Below are positions 20,365 through 29,808 of a stretch of DNA of 64,000 bases, piece after piece. The DNA is from Spirochaetia bacterium. GTDB lineage: Bacteria > Spirochaetota > Spirochaetia > SZUA-6 > Bin103. Position 1 is the first letter of the stretch. Every line of letters begins with the position of its first letter. The notes under the pieces are model-generated. The model was not told where the DNA came from. It did not search any database and saw only the letters and a list, made by a program, of their open reading frames with translations. Where the stretch lies: the NCBI GenBank assembly GCA_965203905.1, contig CBDBDQ010000005.1:3968001-4032000 (forward strand), read 5' to 3'. The position numbers and the translations under genes are program-made.

Positions 20365-21369
20365 ATGCGCGACATCGACCGGCTACTGCTGGCGGAAGTC
20401 GAGGAGTTGCTGCCCGAGCGCCTGTTCGACGTCCATGTCCACGTCTGGCGCCGCGACCACCTTGGCCCCTCGGCGGTGGCCGGCTTCGGCCACTGGCTGA
20501 CCCGGGACCAGTACCTGGGGGAGGACCTCGCCGCCGAGTTCGCGCGCCTGTTCCCGGGCCGTGCCTGCAGCGCCCTGCTGTTCCCCCTGCCGGTGGCGGA
20601 CGGCGACGTCGCCGCCATGAACCGCTACCTGGCCGACCTGGTGCGGGCCGAGGAGCGCCGCTACGGGCTGATGATCCCGCCGCTGGAGGCCTCCGCGGAG
20701 GAACTGGCCCGGCAAGTCGCGGCCGGCGGCTTTCTCGGCTTCAAGCCCTACTGGACCTTCGCCGGCAGCGATCTTCGCCAAGTAGCGATAGACGATTTCG
20801 TGACCCCCGCCCAGCTCGCTGTGGCACACGAGCTGGGCCTGATCATCATGCTGCATCCGCCGGGCAGCCTGCCGCGGCACCAGCGCGCCATCCGCGCCGC
20901 GGCGCTGCGTTATCCGGGCGCCACCTTCATCCTGCCGCACTGCGCCACCTGCTACCACTACGCGTCGTTGGCGGTCAGCATCGACAGCGTGTGCGACCTG
21001 GCCAACGTCCACTTCGACCTGTCCACGGTGATCGCCGGCGACGCGGTCAGCCTGCTGCTGCGCGAGGTGGGCCCGGAGCGGGTGATGTTCGGAACCGACT
21101 TTCCGTTCGCCTCGGAGCGCATGACGCTGGCCTACCTGGAGAGCGGGCTGGTGCCGCTGCGCGAGGCCACCGCGCCGCCGCCGCCGGCCGGCCGCCGCTA
21201 CGCGTTCAGCTACCTGATCTACGAGCAGCTGCGGGCGTTGCGGGCGGCGCGCGACCTGCTGCGGCTGAGCGCCGCCGACCTCCACGCGATCATGTACGGC
21301 AACGCGGAGCGGCTGGTGCAGCGCACCGCCGGCGGCGCTACCGGCGGCACGCCCGCCGGCATGCGCTGA
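20365..21369 (+). CDS. Amidohydrolase family 2 protein
   Basis: DVHVH, GFK, ILPH, FGTDFP, GNAERL; start could be 20308. Confidence 0.85.
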   Translation: MRDIDRLLLAEVEELLPERLFDVHVHVWRRDHLGPSAVAGFGHWLTRDQYLGEDLAAEFARLFPGRACSALLFPLPVADGDVAAMNRYLADLVRAEERRYGLMIPPLEASAEELARQVAAGGFLGFKPYWTFAGSDLRQVAIDDFVTPAQLAVAHELGLIIMLHPPGSLPRHQRAIRAAALRYPGATFILPHCATCYHYASLAVSIDSVCDLANVHFDLSTVIAGDAVSLLLREVGPERVMFGTDFPFASERMTLAYLESGLVPLREATAPPPPAGRRYAFSYLIYEQLRALRAARDLLRLSAADLHAIMYGNAERLVQRTAGGATGGTPAGMR

Positions 21370-21372
21370 GCG

Positions 21373-22317
21373 ATGTTCCACTTCATCCTGCGCCGGGTGC
21401 TGCAGATGCTGCTGATCCTGTTCCTGGTGAGCAGCGCGGTGTTCTTCATGTTCAAGCTGGTGCCGGGCGACGTGGCGGTGGTGCGGCTCGGCATCGAGCA
21501 GACGCCCGAGGCGGTGGCGGCGCTGCGCGCGCAGCTCGGCCTCGACCGCCCGCTGATCGTGCAGTACCTCTCCTGGCTGGCCGGGCTGGTGCGCGGCGAC
21601 CTGGGCACCTCCTACGTCGACGGCGCGCCGGTGTTCGGCATCGTCGCCAGCCGCTTCTTCATCACCCTGGAGCTGGTGCTGGTGATCACGGTGCTGTCGG
21701 CGCTGATCTCGATTCCGGTGGCGGTGGTGGCGGCGCAGAAGAAGGGTACGCTGGTGGACAGCGGCATCCGCGCCGCGTCGATGGTCGGCTACAGCCTGCC
21801 CACCTACTGGTGGGCGATCCTGCTGATGCTGCTGTTCTCGGTGGCGCTGGGGTGGCTGCCGGCAGGCGGCTACGTCTACCCCAGCCGCGACTTCGGCCGC
21901 CACCTGGTCCACCTGATCATGCCCACCGTGGCGATGGTTATGATCCTGGTGGCGGCGCAGGTCCGGTTCCTGCGTGCCAGCATCCTGGACATCATCCAGC
22001 TCGACTACGTGCGCACCGCCCGCGCCAAGGGGCTGTCGTCGCGCCGGGTGCTGTACAAGCACGTGCTGCGCAACTCGCTGGCCGCGTTCATCACCGTGGT
22101 CGGCCTCAACTTCGCCACCCTGATCGGCGGCATGGTGATCATCGAGCAGATCTTCATCTGGCCCGGCCTCGGCTGGCTGATCATCACCTCGATCCTCAAC
22201 CGCGACTTCCCGGTGGTGCAGGGCGCGGTGCTGTTCGTGGCCGCGATCTTCGTCAGCGTCAACCTGGTCGTGGACATCCTGTACGCGGCGCTGGACCCGC
22301 GCATCCGCTATGAGTGA
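21373..22317 (+). CDS. ABC transporter permease (DppB-like)
   Basis: VPGD, GDLGTS, YVRTARAKG, DPRIRY. Confidence 0.93.
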   Translation: MFHFILRRVLQMLLILFLVSSAVFFMFKLVPGDVAVVRLGIEQTPEAVAALRAQLGLDRPLIVQYLSWLAGLVRGDLGTSYVDGAPVFGIVASRFFITLELVLVITVLSALISIPVAVVAAQKKGTLVDSGIRAASMVGYSLPTYWWAILLMLLFSVALGWLPAGGYVYPSRDFGRHLVHLIMPTVAMVMILVAAQVRFLRASILDIIQLDYVRTARAKGLSSRRVLYKHVLRNSLAAFITVVGLNFATLIGGMVIIEQIFIWPGLGWLIITSILNRDFPVVQGAVLFVAAIFVSVNLVVDILYAALDPRIRYE

Positions 22318-23212
22318 GCGCGCCGCCACCGAAACGGCCGAAACGAGCGGCGCCGCCCGCCGCCGGCGCAGCTTCCTGCGCCGCCTGCTGCGCGACCGCA
22401 GCACCACCCTGCCGCTGCTGTTCCTGCTGCTCCTGGTGCTGATGGCGGCGGGGGCCGACCTGATCACCCGCTACGATCCACTCGACCCGGTGGGCGATCC
22501 GCTGCTGCCGGCGGGCGGCCCGTTTCCCCTCGGCACCGACGAGATCGGCCGCGACATCCTCACCCGGGTGATCTATGCCTCCCGCATCACCCTGGCGGTG
22601 GGCGTCATGTCATCGGTGGGCGCGCTGCTGATAGGTGTCCCCCTGGGCCTCCTCGCCGGCTGGTTCGGCCGCTTCACCGACGCCGTGGTGATGCGCGCCA
22701 TGGACAGCGTGCTGTCGATACCCCCGCTGCTGCTGGCGCTGGTGATGGTGAGCGTGCTCGGCGGCAACGTGTTCGTGGCCATGCTCGCCATCGTGCTGGT
22801 GTTCATCCCCCACTTCGTGCGCATCAGCCGCGCCGAGGTGCTCAGCCTGCGCAACCTGGAGTTCGTGCTCGCCGCCCAGGCCGTGGGCATGTCCACCTGG
22901 CGCCTGCTGTTCGGCACCATCCTGCGCAACGCCATCTCGCCGGTGATGGTGCAGTTTTCGCTGGTGTTCTCGCGCGCGGTGATCGTGGAGGCGGGTCTCA
23001 GCTTCCTCGGCCTCGGCGCGCAGCCGCCCACTCCGACCTGGGGCAACATGCTCAACACCGGCCGCGGCTACCTCTACTACAACACCCTCTACGCCATCAT
23101 TCCCGGGGTCGCCATCTTCCTCACCGTGCTCTCCCTGAACATCGTCGGCGACTCCCTGCGCGACCGCCTCGACCCCCGCGACGCCGGCCTCATCAAGGAA
23201 GACAACGCCTGA
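22310..23212 (+). CDS. ABC transporter permease (DppC-like)
   Basis: LGTDEIGRD, EAGLSFLGLG, PTWGNML, GDSLRDRLDP. Confidence 0.93.
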   Translation: MSERAATETAETSGAARRRRSFLRRLLRDRSTTLPLLFLLLLVLMAAGADLITRYDPLDPVGDPLLPAGGPFPLGTDEIGRDILTRVIYASRITLAVGVMSSVGALLIGVPLGLLAGWFGRFTDAVVMRAMDSVLSIPPLLLALVMVSVLGGNVFVAMLAIVLVFIPHFVRISRAEVLSLRNLEFVLAAQAVGMSTWRLLFGTILRNAISPVMVQFSLVFSRAVIVEAGLSFLGLGAQPPTPTWGNMLNTGRGYLYYNTLYAIIPGVAIFLTVLSLNIVGDSLRDRLDPRDAGLIKEDNA

Positions 23213-23219
23213 CCTCCCA

Positions 23220-23285
23220 TGCTCGTCATCCGGCCTGCTGCAAGCGCCGCGCCGCCCACGACTCCGACCGGTAGTGGACATCATT
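23220..23285 (+). repeat. Short degenerate copy of dppC-like 22995-23050
   Basis: gcgccgcgccgcccacgactccgaccgg versus parent ggcgcgcagccgcccactccgacctgg. Confidence 0.4.
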
Positions 23286-23320
23286 GACGCCCACAGGTCT
23301 CTCATCGGTTTGCCGGACAT

Positions 23321-23336
23321 TGATAATCGATTATCA
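23321..23336. promoter_or_regulatory. Fur-box-like operator
   Basis: Perfect palindrome TGATAATCGATTATCA, about 110 nt upstream of the ABC exporter pair. Confidence 0.65.
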
Positions 23337-23448
23337 GTAGCTCTATACTCCGAGCGCCATGCACGCCATCGCGGCCCGTATCGGCGGTGAGAGGATCTCG
23401 CTCTCCGTGCAACACCCTTAGGAAAGCCACGGGAGGACGACGCCGGGG

Positions 23449-25185
23449 ATGATGGTCCATCGGAAGATGCTGGCGTTGACGGAGGGCACGCGGGCTCGAA
23501 TCGCCCTCACCGTGGCGCTGGGGTTGGCGATCTCCGGCACATTCGTTGCGCAGGGCGTGGCCGTGGCCCTCGTGGTCAGCCGCATCCTGGCCGGCGAGCC
23601 GTGGACGGGGGCGCTCGCCCCCGTGGGCGGCGTCGCTCTGCTGGCGGCACTTCGCGCGGTGCTGCTCCGGTGGCGGGAGATCAGTTCCATGCTCACCGCC
23701 GCGGAAGTGAAGGTTGCCCTGCGCCAGCGGCTCTACCGGGCGCTTCTTGCCCTCGGGCCCGGGTACCTGGAACGGACGCGGACGGGAACGGTGCAGTCGA
23801 CCCTCGTGGACGGCGTGGAAGCCCTGGAGTCCTACCTGGGCTACTACCTGCCGCAGTCCATTGTCGCGGTGGCCGTGCCCCTGGCCGTGGTGGCGTACAT
23901 CTGCGTCCTCAGCCCCCTGGTGGGCGTGGTCGTGCTGGTGTGCGTGCTGGCCGTTCCCCTGGTGCCGCGCCTGTGGGACGGCCTGCTGGGCGAGTACGGC
24001 CGGCGGCACTGGCGGGCGTACACGGACCTCAACGCCCAGTTCGTGGACAGCATGCAGGGAATGGTCACGCTGAAGGCGCTCAACGCCAGCGAGCGCCGGG
24101 GGCGGGGCCTCCAGGACGCCGCGCTCGCGCTCTACCGGGCGACGATGGCGCAGCTCGCCATCTCCATGATCCGCAACGGCGTCGTGGGGCTGGCGATGAG
24201 CGCAGGCGTGGCGCTGGCCGTCGCCGTGGGCGCGTTCCAGGTGGCGGACGGAGCGCTCAACCTGGCGCGACTCCTCGTGGTGCTGTTCCTCACGGGGGAG
24301 TGCTTCCGTCCGTTGGTGGAGTTGGACTCCTATTGGCACAAGGGATACATGGGGCTGTCCGCCTCCACGGGCATCTTCGAGCTCCTGGACGCAAAGCCCG
24401 AGGTGGCTGACCGTGAGGCCACGCCGCCGCCTCCCGAGCCTTCGAGCACGCCGAAGTCCCTCGCCTTCGTGAACGTCACCTTTGCCTACCACCCGGATCA
24501 CGCGCCAGCGCTCGACGGCCTGTCGTTCAGCGTGGACGCAGGCCAGAGCATCGGCCTCGTTGGTCAGTCGGGGGCGGGGAAGAGCACCGTGGCTGCGCTG
24601 CTGCTGCGGTTCTTCGACCCCCAGCACGGGCTCGTGGAGATTGGGGGCGTGGACATCCGCGACTACCCCCTGGAGATGCTGCGCGGCCTCATCGCCGTGG
24701 TGTCCCAGGACGCCTATCTCTTTCATGGGACGGCTGAGGACAACCTCCGCATCGGGAAGCCCGGAGCCTCCGTGGGGGAGCTGGAAGCGGCGGCGCGGGC
24801 GGCCAACGCTCACGGGTTCATCACCGCACTCCCCCAGGGGTATCAGACCGTGGTCGGAGAACGGGGAGCGAAGCTCTCCGGGGGTGAGCGCCAGCGCATC
24901 GCCATCGCGCGGGCGTTGCTGAAGGATGCCCCGATCCTCATCCTGGACGAGGCGACCTCCAGCCTGGACGGCGTGAACGAGCGTGCCATCCGTGACGCGC
25001 TGAAGCGGCTGGCCCGGGGACGGACGACCATCACCATCGCCCACCGGTTCTCCTCCGTCGTCCACGCCGACCGCATCGTGGTCCTGGACGAGGGGCGGGT
25101 GGTCGAGGCTGGCCGCCACCAGGAGTTGATGGCGCGCCGCGGCGCGTATGCCGGCCTCGTCCTGGCGCAGCAGGAGGCCCTGTGA
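23449..25185 (+). CDS. ABC transporter fused permease/ATPase (IrtA/YbtP/CydD-like exporter fold)
   Basis: TM domain + GQSGAGKS, LSGGERQR, ILDEATSSLD. Confidence 0.9.
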   Translation: MMVHRKMLALTEGTRARIALTVALGLAISGTFVAQGVAVALVVSRILAGEPWTGALAPVGGVALLAALRAVLLRWREISSMLTAAEVKVALRQRLYRALLALGPGYLERTRTGTVQSTLVDGVEALESYLGYYLPQSIVAVAVPLAVVAYICVLSPLVGVVVLVCVLAVPLVPRLWDGLLGEYGRRHWRAYTDLNAQFVDSMQGMVTLKALNASERRGRGLQDAALALYRATMAQLAISMIRNGVVGLAMSAGVALAVAVGAFQVADGALNLARLLVVLFLTGECFRPLVELDSYWHKGYMGLSASTGIFELLDAKPEVADREATPPPPEPSSTPKSLAFVNVTFAYHPDHAPALDGLSFSVDAGQSIGLVGQSGAGKSTVAALLLRFFDPQHGLVEIGGVDIRDYPLEMLRGLIAVVSQDAYLFHGTAEDNLRIGKPGASVGELEAAARAANAHGFITALPQGYQTVVGERGAKLSGGERQRIAIARALLKDAPILILDEATSSLDGVNERAIRDALKRLARGRTTITIAHRFSSVVHADRIVVLDEGRVVEAGRHQELMARRGAYAGLVLAQQEAL

Positions 25186-26948
25186 GCGAGTTCGCTCCAC
25201 GCAGCGGCAGATCGGGGGCCGGGTTCTGGCAGCTGCTCCGCATCCTGCGCCCTTACTACTGGCTCATGGGCATCACCGTGCTCACGGGCATCCTGAACCA
25301 CGGCTTCATGATCGCCGCCGCCGGGATCGGTGCGTTCATGGTGGGAAGAGTAGCGACGGGGGCGGCGGCTGAAGCGCTCTGGTTCAGCGCCCTCGTGCTC
25401 GGCGGCGTCGTGGCCGGCAGGGCGGTGGCGGCCTGGGCGGAGATGTGGCTGGCGCACGACCTCGCCTACCGCATCCTGGCGGAGCTCCGCATCTGGCTCT
25501 ATCGGGCGCTGGACCGGCTGGCGCCGGGCTCTCTTCTTGACCGGCGCTCCGGCGACCTCTCCACCGCGGCGATGGCCGACGTGGATACCATCGAGTGGTT
25601 CTACGCTCACACGGTGGGGACGTTCATCGTGGCGGTCGTGGTGCCGCTGGGGGCGCTCCTGACCCTCGCGGCGCTGCACTGGCTGCTCCCCCTGGCGCTG
25701 CTCCCCGCGACCCTGGCGGTGGCGACCGTTCCCTTCTGGTTGCGCCAGCGGGCGGCAGCCCAGGGCCGGAGACTGCGAGAGACCCTGGGTTCGCTGAACG
25801 CGGAGGTGGTGGACGGCATTCAGGGACTCCGCGAGGTCGTGGCCTTCGGGCAGGGACAGCGCTTCCTGGAACGGCTGCTCCGGAGCAGCCGGAGCCTGGT
25901 GGGGGCACAGGTCGCCCACGGGCGCAGAGCAGGTGGAGAGCAGGCGGTCACGTCCGTGCTCATCACGCTGGGGATGGTGAGCGTTGTCATCGCCGCAGCC
26001 TACCTGGTGTCCTCCGGCTCCCTCTCGCCCGCGCTCTATCCGGTCGTCATCATCCTTGCCATCTTCATCTTCACGCCGGTGACCAACATCACCGGCATCG
26101 CGGAGAGCCTCGGCGTGGTCTTCGCGGCGGCTGACCGGGTGTTCGCCGTGCTGAACGCGCCCGCACCCGTGCCGGACACGGCGGCGGCGTCGCCCCCAGG
26201 CCCGGTTGAGCCCCGCATCGAGTTCCGGGCCGTGAGCTTCCACTACGCCACCGATCTGCCTCCGGCGCTGGACGCCGCGAGCCTCTCCGTAGCGCCGGGC
26301 GAGAGCGTGGCCCTCGTGGGGCACTCCGGCGCGGGGAAGTCCACCTGCATCCATCTGCTCATGCGGTTCTGGGATGTCACGGACGGCGCCATCACGATCG
26401 GCGGGCATGACGTCCGGGCGTTCCGACAGAGCGACCTGCGCGAGCTCATCGCCTGGGTGCCGCAGGACATCTACCTGTTCAACATGACCATCAGCGAGAA
26501 CATCCGCCTGGCGCGCCCGGATGCCCTGGACGCGGAGGTGGAAGAAGCCGCAAGGGTCGCTCGGGCGCATGACTTCATCATGCGGATGCCCCAGGGGTAT
26601 GAGACCAACGCCGGTGAGCGCGGGGTCCGGATGTCCGGGGGGCAGCGGCAGCGTATCGCCATCGCGCGGGCGGTCCTCAAGGACGCCCCCATCCTGGTGA
26701 TGGACGAGGCCGTCTCCAACCTGGATGCCGAGAACGAGCGTCTGCTCCGGGAGGCGATGGTCCGCGTCCGCGCCGGCCGTACCTCGCTCGTCATCGCGCA
26801 CCGCCTGTCCACCATCCGCAGCGCCGACCGCATCATTGTCCTGGAGAAGGGGCGCACCGTGGAGGCCGGCCCCCATGACTCCCTGCTCACCGCGGGGGGT
26901 GTGTACGCGGACCTGGTCGCGTTCCAGCAGCGGGCCATTCCCTTGTGA
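25182..26948 (+). CDS. ABC transporter fused permease/ATPase (IrtB/YbtQ/CydC-like)
   Basis: AHDLAYRILA, GHSGAGKS, MSGGQRQR, DEAVSNLD; GTGA overlap. Confidence 0.9.
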   Translation: MSEFAPRSGRSGAGFWQLLRILRPYYWLMGITVLTGILNHGFMIAAAGIGAFMVGRVATGAAAEALWFSALVLGGVVAGRAVAAWAEMWLAHDLAYRILAELRIWLYRALDRLAPGSLLDRRSGDLSTAAMADVDTIEWFYAHTVGTFIVAVVVPLGALLTLAALHWLLPLALLPATLAVATVPFWLRQRAAAQGRRLRETLGSLNAEVVDGIQGLREVVAFGQGQRFLERLLRSSRSLVGAQVAHGRRAGGEQAVTSVLITLGMVSVVIAAAYLVSSGSLSPALYPVVIILAIFIFTPVTNITGIAESLGVVFAAADRVFAVLNAPAPVPDTAAASPPGPVEPRIEFRAVSFHYATDLPPALDAASLSVAPGESVALVGHSGAGKSTCIHLLMRFWDVTDGAITIGGHDVRAFRQSDLRELIAWVPQDIYLFNMTISENIRLARPDALDAEVEEAARVARAHDFIMRMPQGYETNAGERGVRMSGGQRQRIAIARAVLKDAPILVMDEAVSNLDAENERLLREAMVRVRAGRTSLVIAHRLSTIRSADRIIVLEKGRTVEAGPHDSLLTAGGVYADLVAFQQRAIPL

Positions 26949-27075
26949 CCGTCAGTGACCGAATGGTGATCACGGTGCGGAGCCGCAACGCGAAGAAGCA
27001 GGGCCGACGCGCCAGATATGGGTGTTGATCCGTGGTTCCAAACCAGTCCTCTCGATCTTCTGCCCGTGCCGGTGC

Positions 27076-27139
27076 GGCAGCGCAGCCGCCCACCCCGTCC
27101 CCCGCGACGCCGGCCAGTTCAAGGACGACTAACGCATGA
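27076..27139 (+). repeat. Mini degenerate copy of the dppC-like 3' end
   Basis: gcgcagccgcccacccc joined to cccccgcgacgccggccagttcaaggacgactaacgc; matches parent ~23015-23036 plus ~23173-23212. Confidence 0.7.
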
Positions 27140-27779
27140 CGCGAAGCCGTGACCGGGTGTCGTTACACATTTTCACAGCGGCGTCGACTCCCAACAATCC
27201 TGTGGAAACTACGCATTCCGAAAGTCCCGCCGATCGATGTCCAGCTGTCGAATCGTATCGTAGCGCGAACCGTTCCCACCTTCAGATCGCGGCTACCCCA
27301 ATCCGGAAGCACCGTGGCTCGTTCGGAATTCGAGTTGCGATGAGACTTACGTCCCCGGCGCGCCCGTTCCTGGCATCCGAGCAGCCGAGCAGCGGCAGCT
27401 TCCGCGCAAACCTCTCGATACTTCACGCATTTGGAAATCACGGTTTCAAACCACACCGGACCACCCGCAGTTTGTGTCTGTGTTCTTTGCGGCAACACGT
27501 GCCCAAGTTTTCGTAGAACTCGATCACGGCAACCAGAGCGTTCTGTACGTTCTCCATCACGAACTGAAACACCCTCAGGTGATCAACTCCGGCAGCGGAG
27601 GCGACATCACGGTGTAACCGCCCTTAGGTTGCGGAGTCATTACGAGCGGCGCTAATTGGTCCACAAGAACCTCCTTGCGTTCCCTCGTCCCCCCCCCCGC
27701 AACGAATCGCCTCTACGGTACCCCCTAGGCGGGTAGGTTGACACCGCAAGCACAGTCGCCAGCCGTAGATTGCGCGCGT

Positions 27780-28445
27780 GCCGGACGATACGCCCTGCCC
27801 GCGCCGCGCAGCGCCACGCTGCCGCTGCTGTTCCGCCTACTACGGGCGCCGCTGGCGGCAGGGGCTGACCTGATCACCCGCTACGATCCGCTCGACCCTG
27901 AGGGCAAGCCGCAGCCGCCGGCGGGCGGCCGGTTTCCCCTCGGTACCGACGAGATCGGCCGTGAGATCAGTCTGGTGATAAGGAGCGTGCTCGCCGGCAA
28001 CGTTCGTGGCCATGCTCGTTACCGTGCTGGTGCTCATCCCGCTTCGTGCGCGTCAGCCACGCGAAAGTGCTCAGCCTCCGCAGCGTGGAGTTCGTGCTTG
28101 CCGCCGAGGCCGCGGGAATGCCACATGGCGCCTGCTGCTAGGCACCATCCTGCGCAACGCCAATCTCCCCGGTGATCGTCGAGGCGGGGCTCAGCTTCCT
28201 CGGACTCGGCGCGGCCGCCTACTACTATGTAGGACAACATGCTCAACACGGGGCTCGGCCACCTTTACTACAACACGTTCTACGCCATCCCGGAGTCGCC
28301 ATCTTCCGCACCATGCTCTCCCTGACATCATCGGCGACTCTCTGCGCGACCGACCTGCGACGCCGGCCAGATCAAGGAAGACAACGCTTCGTCTGATCGA
28401 GCTGCACAGTAATGATCGGCTGCCATGGACAGTGGACAGTTGATC
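27780..28445 (+). pseudogene. Degenerate duplicate of the dppC-like permease 22310-23212
   Basis: GADLITRYDPLDP..FPLGTDEIGR, LLGTILRNA, IVEAGLSFLGLGA and atcaaggaagacaacgc all recur, with frameshifts and deletions. Confidence 0.9.
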
Positions 28446-28523
28446 CTTGGTCGGGTCTATCAAGTACGAGTACACTGGTCCTGACCGTTCCGGTACTCCA
28501 GTATCGAACATTCGTTGGCACAG

Positions 28524-28562
28524 AGGATACGTGGTTGACAATAGATGTCAACCACGTATCCT
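28524..28562. repeat. Perfect inverted repeat (17-bp arms) with TTGACA on both strands
   Basis: AGGATACGTGGTTGACA-ATAGA-TGTCAACCACGTATCCT. Confidence 0.85.
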
Positions 28563-28725
28563 GTACTCCTCATCCCGACAAACGGGAGCACGGATTTCTT
28601 GCTTACGCAGTGGTCCGCCCATACCGCTCTACGCTCGCGACGCCGTCGGTTTATGCTAGCGACCTGGCCAGCAAGCTCGGAGTCACGAAGTAGATATGCG
28701 GACTTCATATTAAACGGAGGGCCCA

Positions 28726-29427
28726 ATGGCTCGGAAAACGTATTTTGTTCTGTTATTTCTTCTGTCATGTATACTTTCTATTTCGGCGCAGACCAAAGGT
28801 GTGCTCTACGTACTAAGTGCTGATCATGTAGTGTATGACACCATAAAAATGGAATCTGGAGAAACAGAAACAAAAAGGTTCGGAGTCGGAAAAGGATCAT
28901 CGTTTAGATTCATGGACATAAAAACGGACCAGTATGTTCTGGAGTTTCGCGAAATTGACTCTGTTTCTCCGGCCGGCCAAAACTGGTTGATGACGGCGCA
29001 CAAAGAAATCTCATTTCTCACGAAGGACGACACAACTCGGCTCTATTCGGTTCACCCAGAGCTTATGGCGGATCATATGTACTACGAGACCGGAATTCAA
29101 GTTTCCATAGGTACGTTGGCTATTCCTTACAAATTTCTATTTGAAGGGAAAATGGTACCAGGTGGCACGGCAGGGGCATCCTTAGGAGTGAAGTACATCT
29201 TTAATCCGTCGTATACGATAATCGGGGGAGTAGCCCCAGGAATTGGATATGTTTCCGATGACAAAGGTGAGCATGCAGCGTTTACCATAGCTGGTTTTTT
29301 GGGTGCACAGTTTGGTCCTTCTGCCCAAGCTGCAGTAGTCATAGGGACGGATATCTTAGAGGACTACAGTCATCACGGGAAATTCTGGATTTCTTTGGCA
29401 GTTGGCGTCGAGTTATTCAGTCTTTAA
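28726..29427 (+). CDS. Hypothetical secreted/membrane protein, low GC
   Basis: 233-aa ORF, GGAGG RBS, signal-peptide-like N-terminus, AT-rich codons. Confidence 0.75.
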   Translation: MARKTYFVLLFLLSCILSISAQTKGVLYVLSADHVVYDTIKMESGETETKRFGVGKGSSFRFMDIKTDQYVLEFREIDSVSPAGQNWLMTAHKEISFLTKDDTTRLYSVHPELMADHMYYETGIQVSIGTLAIPYKFLFEGKMVPGGTAGASLGVKYIFNPSYTIIGGVAPGIGYVSDDKGEHAAFTIAGFLGAQFGPSAQAAVVIGTDILEDYSHHGKFWISLAVGVELFSL

Positions 29428-29808
29428 GAAATTGCAGTGAGATGTACAGATGGAGAGTTGTTCTTAAGCAAGAAACATAGGAGGTGAACGGGAGAAGGAC
29501 TTCCGTTACTTTGATCGATACCAACTGGCGTGAGTGTGGCGGTCGTTGTCGCCGCTGATTCCGTACAATCGGAGCCGATTGTTCACGGCATCGAGACCTT
29601 CTTTCGTCACGGCTTGCTACGCACACCCGTCGGCTGCCTGGAACCTTCTGTCGAGTAGTTGAACTAGGTGGCGTTGCAGGCTTACGTGATCTTGAACCGC
29701 TCAACAGGCAAGCATGAAGACACAACAGTGGATCGTGATCGGCGGCTTCGTGTTCCTCGGTACCATGTCCTCGGATTGGCCGTCTGAGCCGACAGTTCCC
29801 GAGGGAGA

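Noticed and set aside
27140-27780. Short ORFs in the lower-GC spacer
   Set aside because: No motifs, RBS or consistent codon bias; treated as unidentifiable remnant DNA
27780-28445. Diversity-generating retroelement TR/VR pair as the explanation for the ghosts
   Set aside because: Changes affect all four bases, large deletions occur, and no reverse transcriptase is in the window; only a mild T bias
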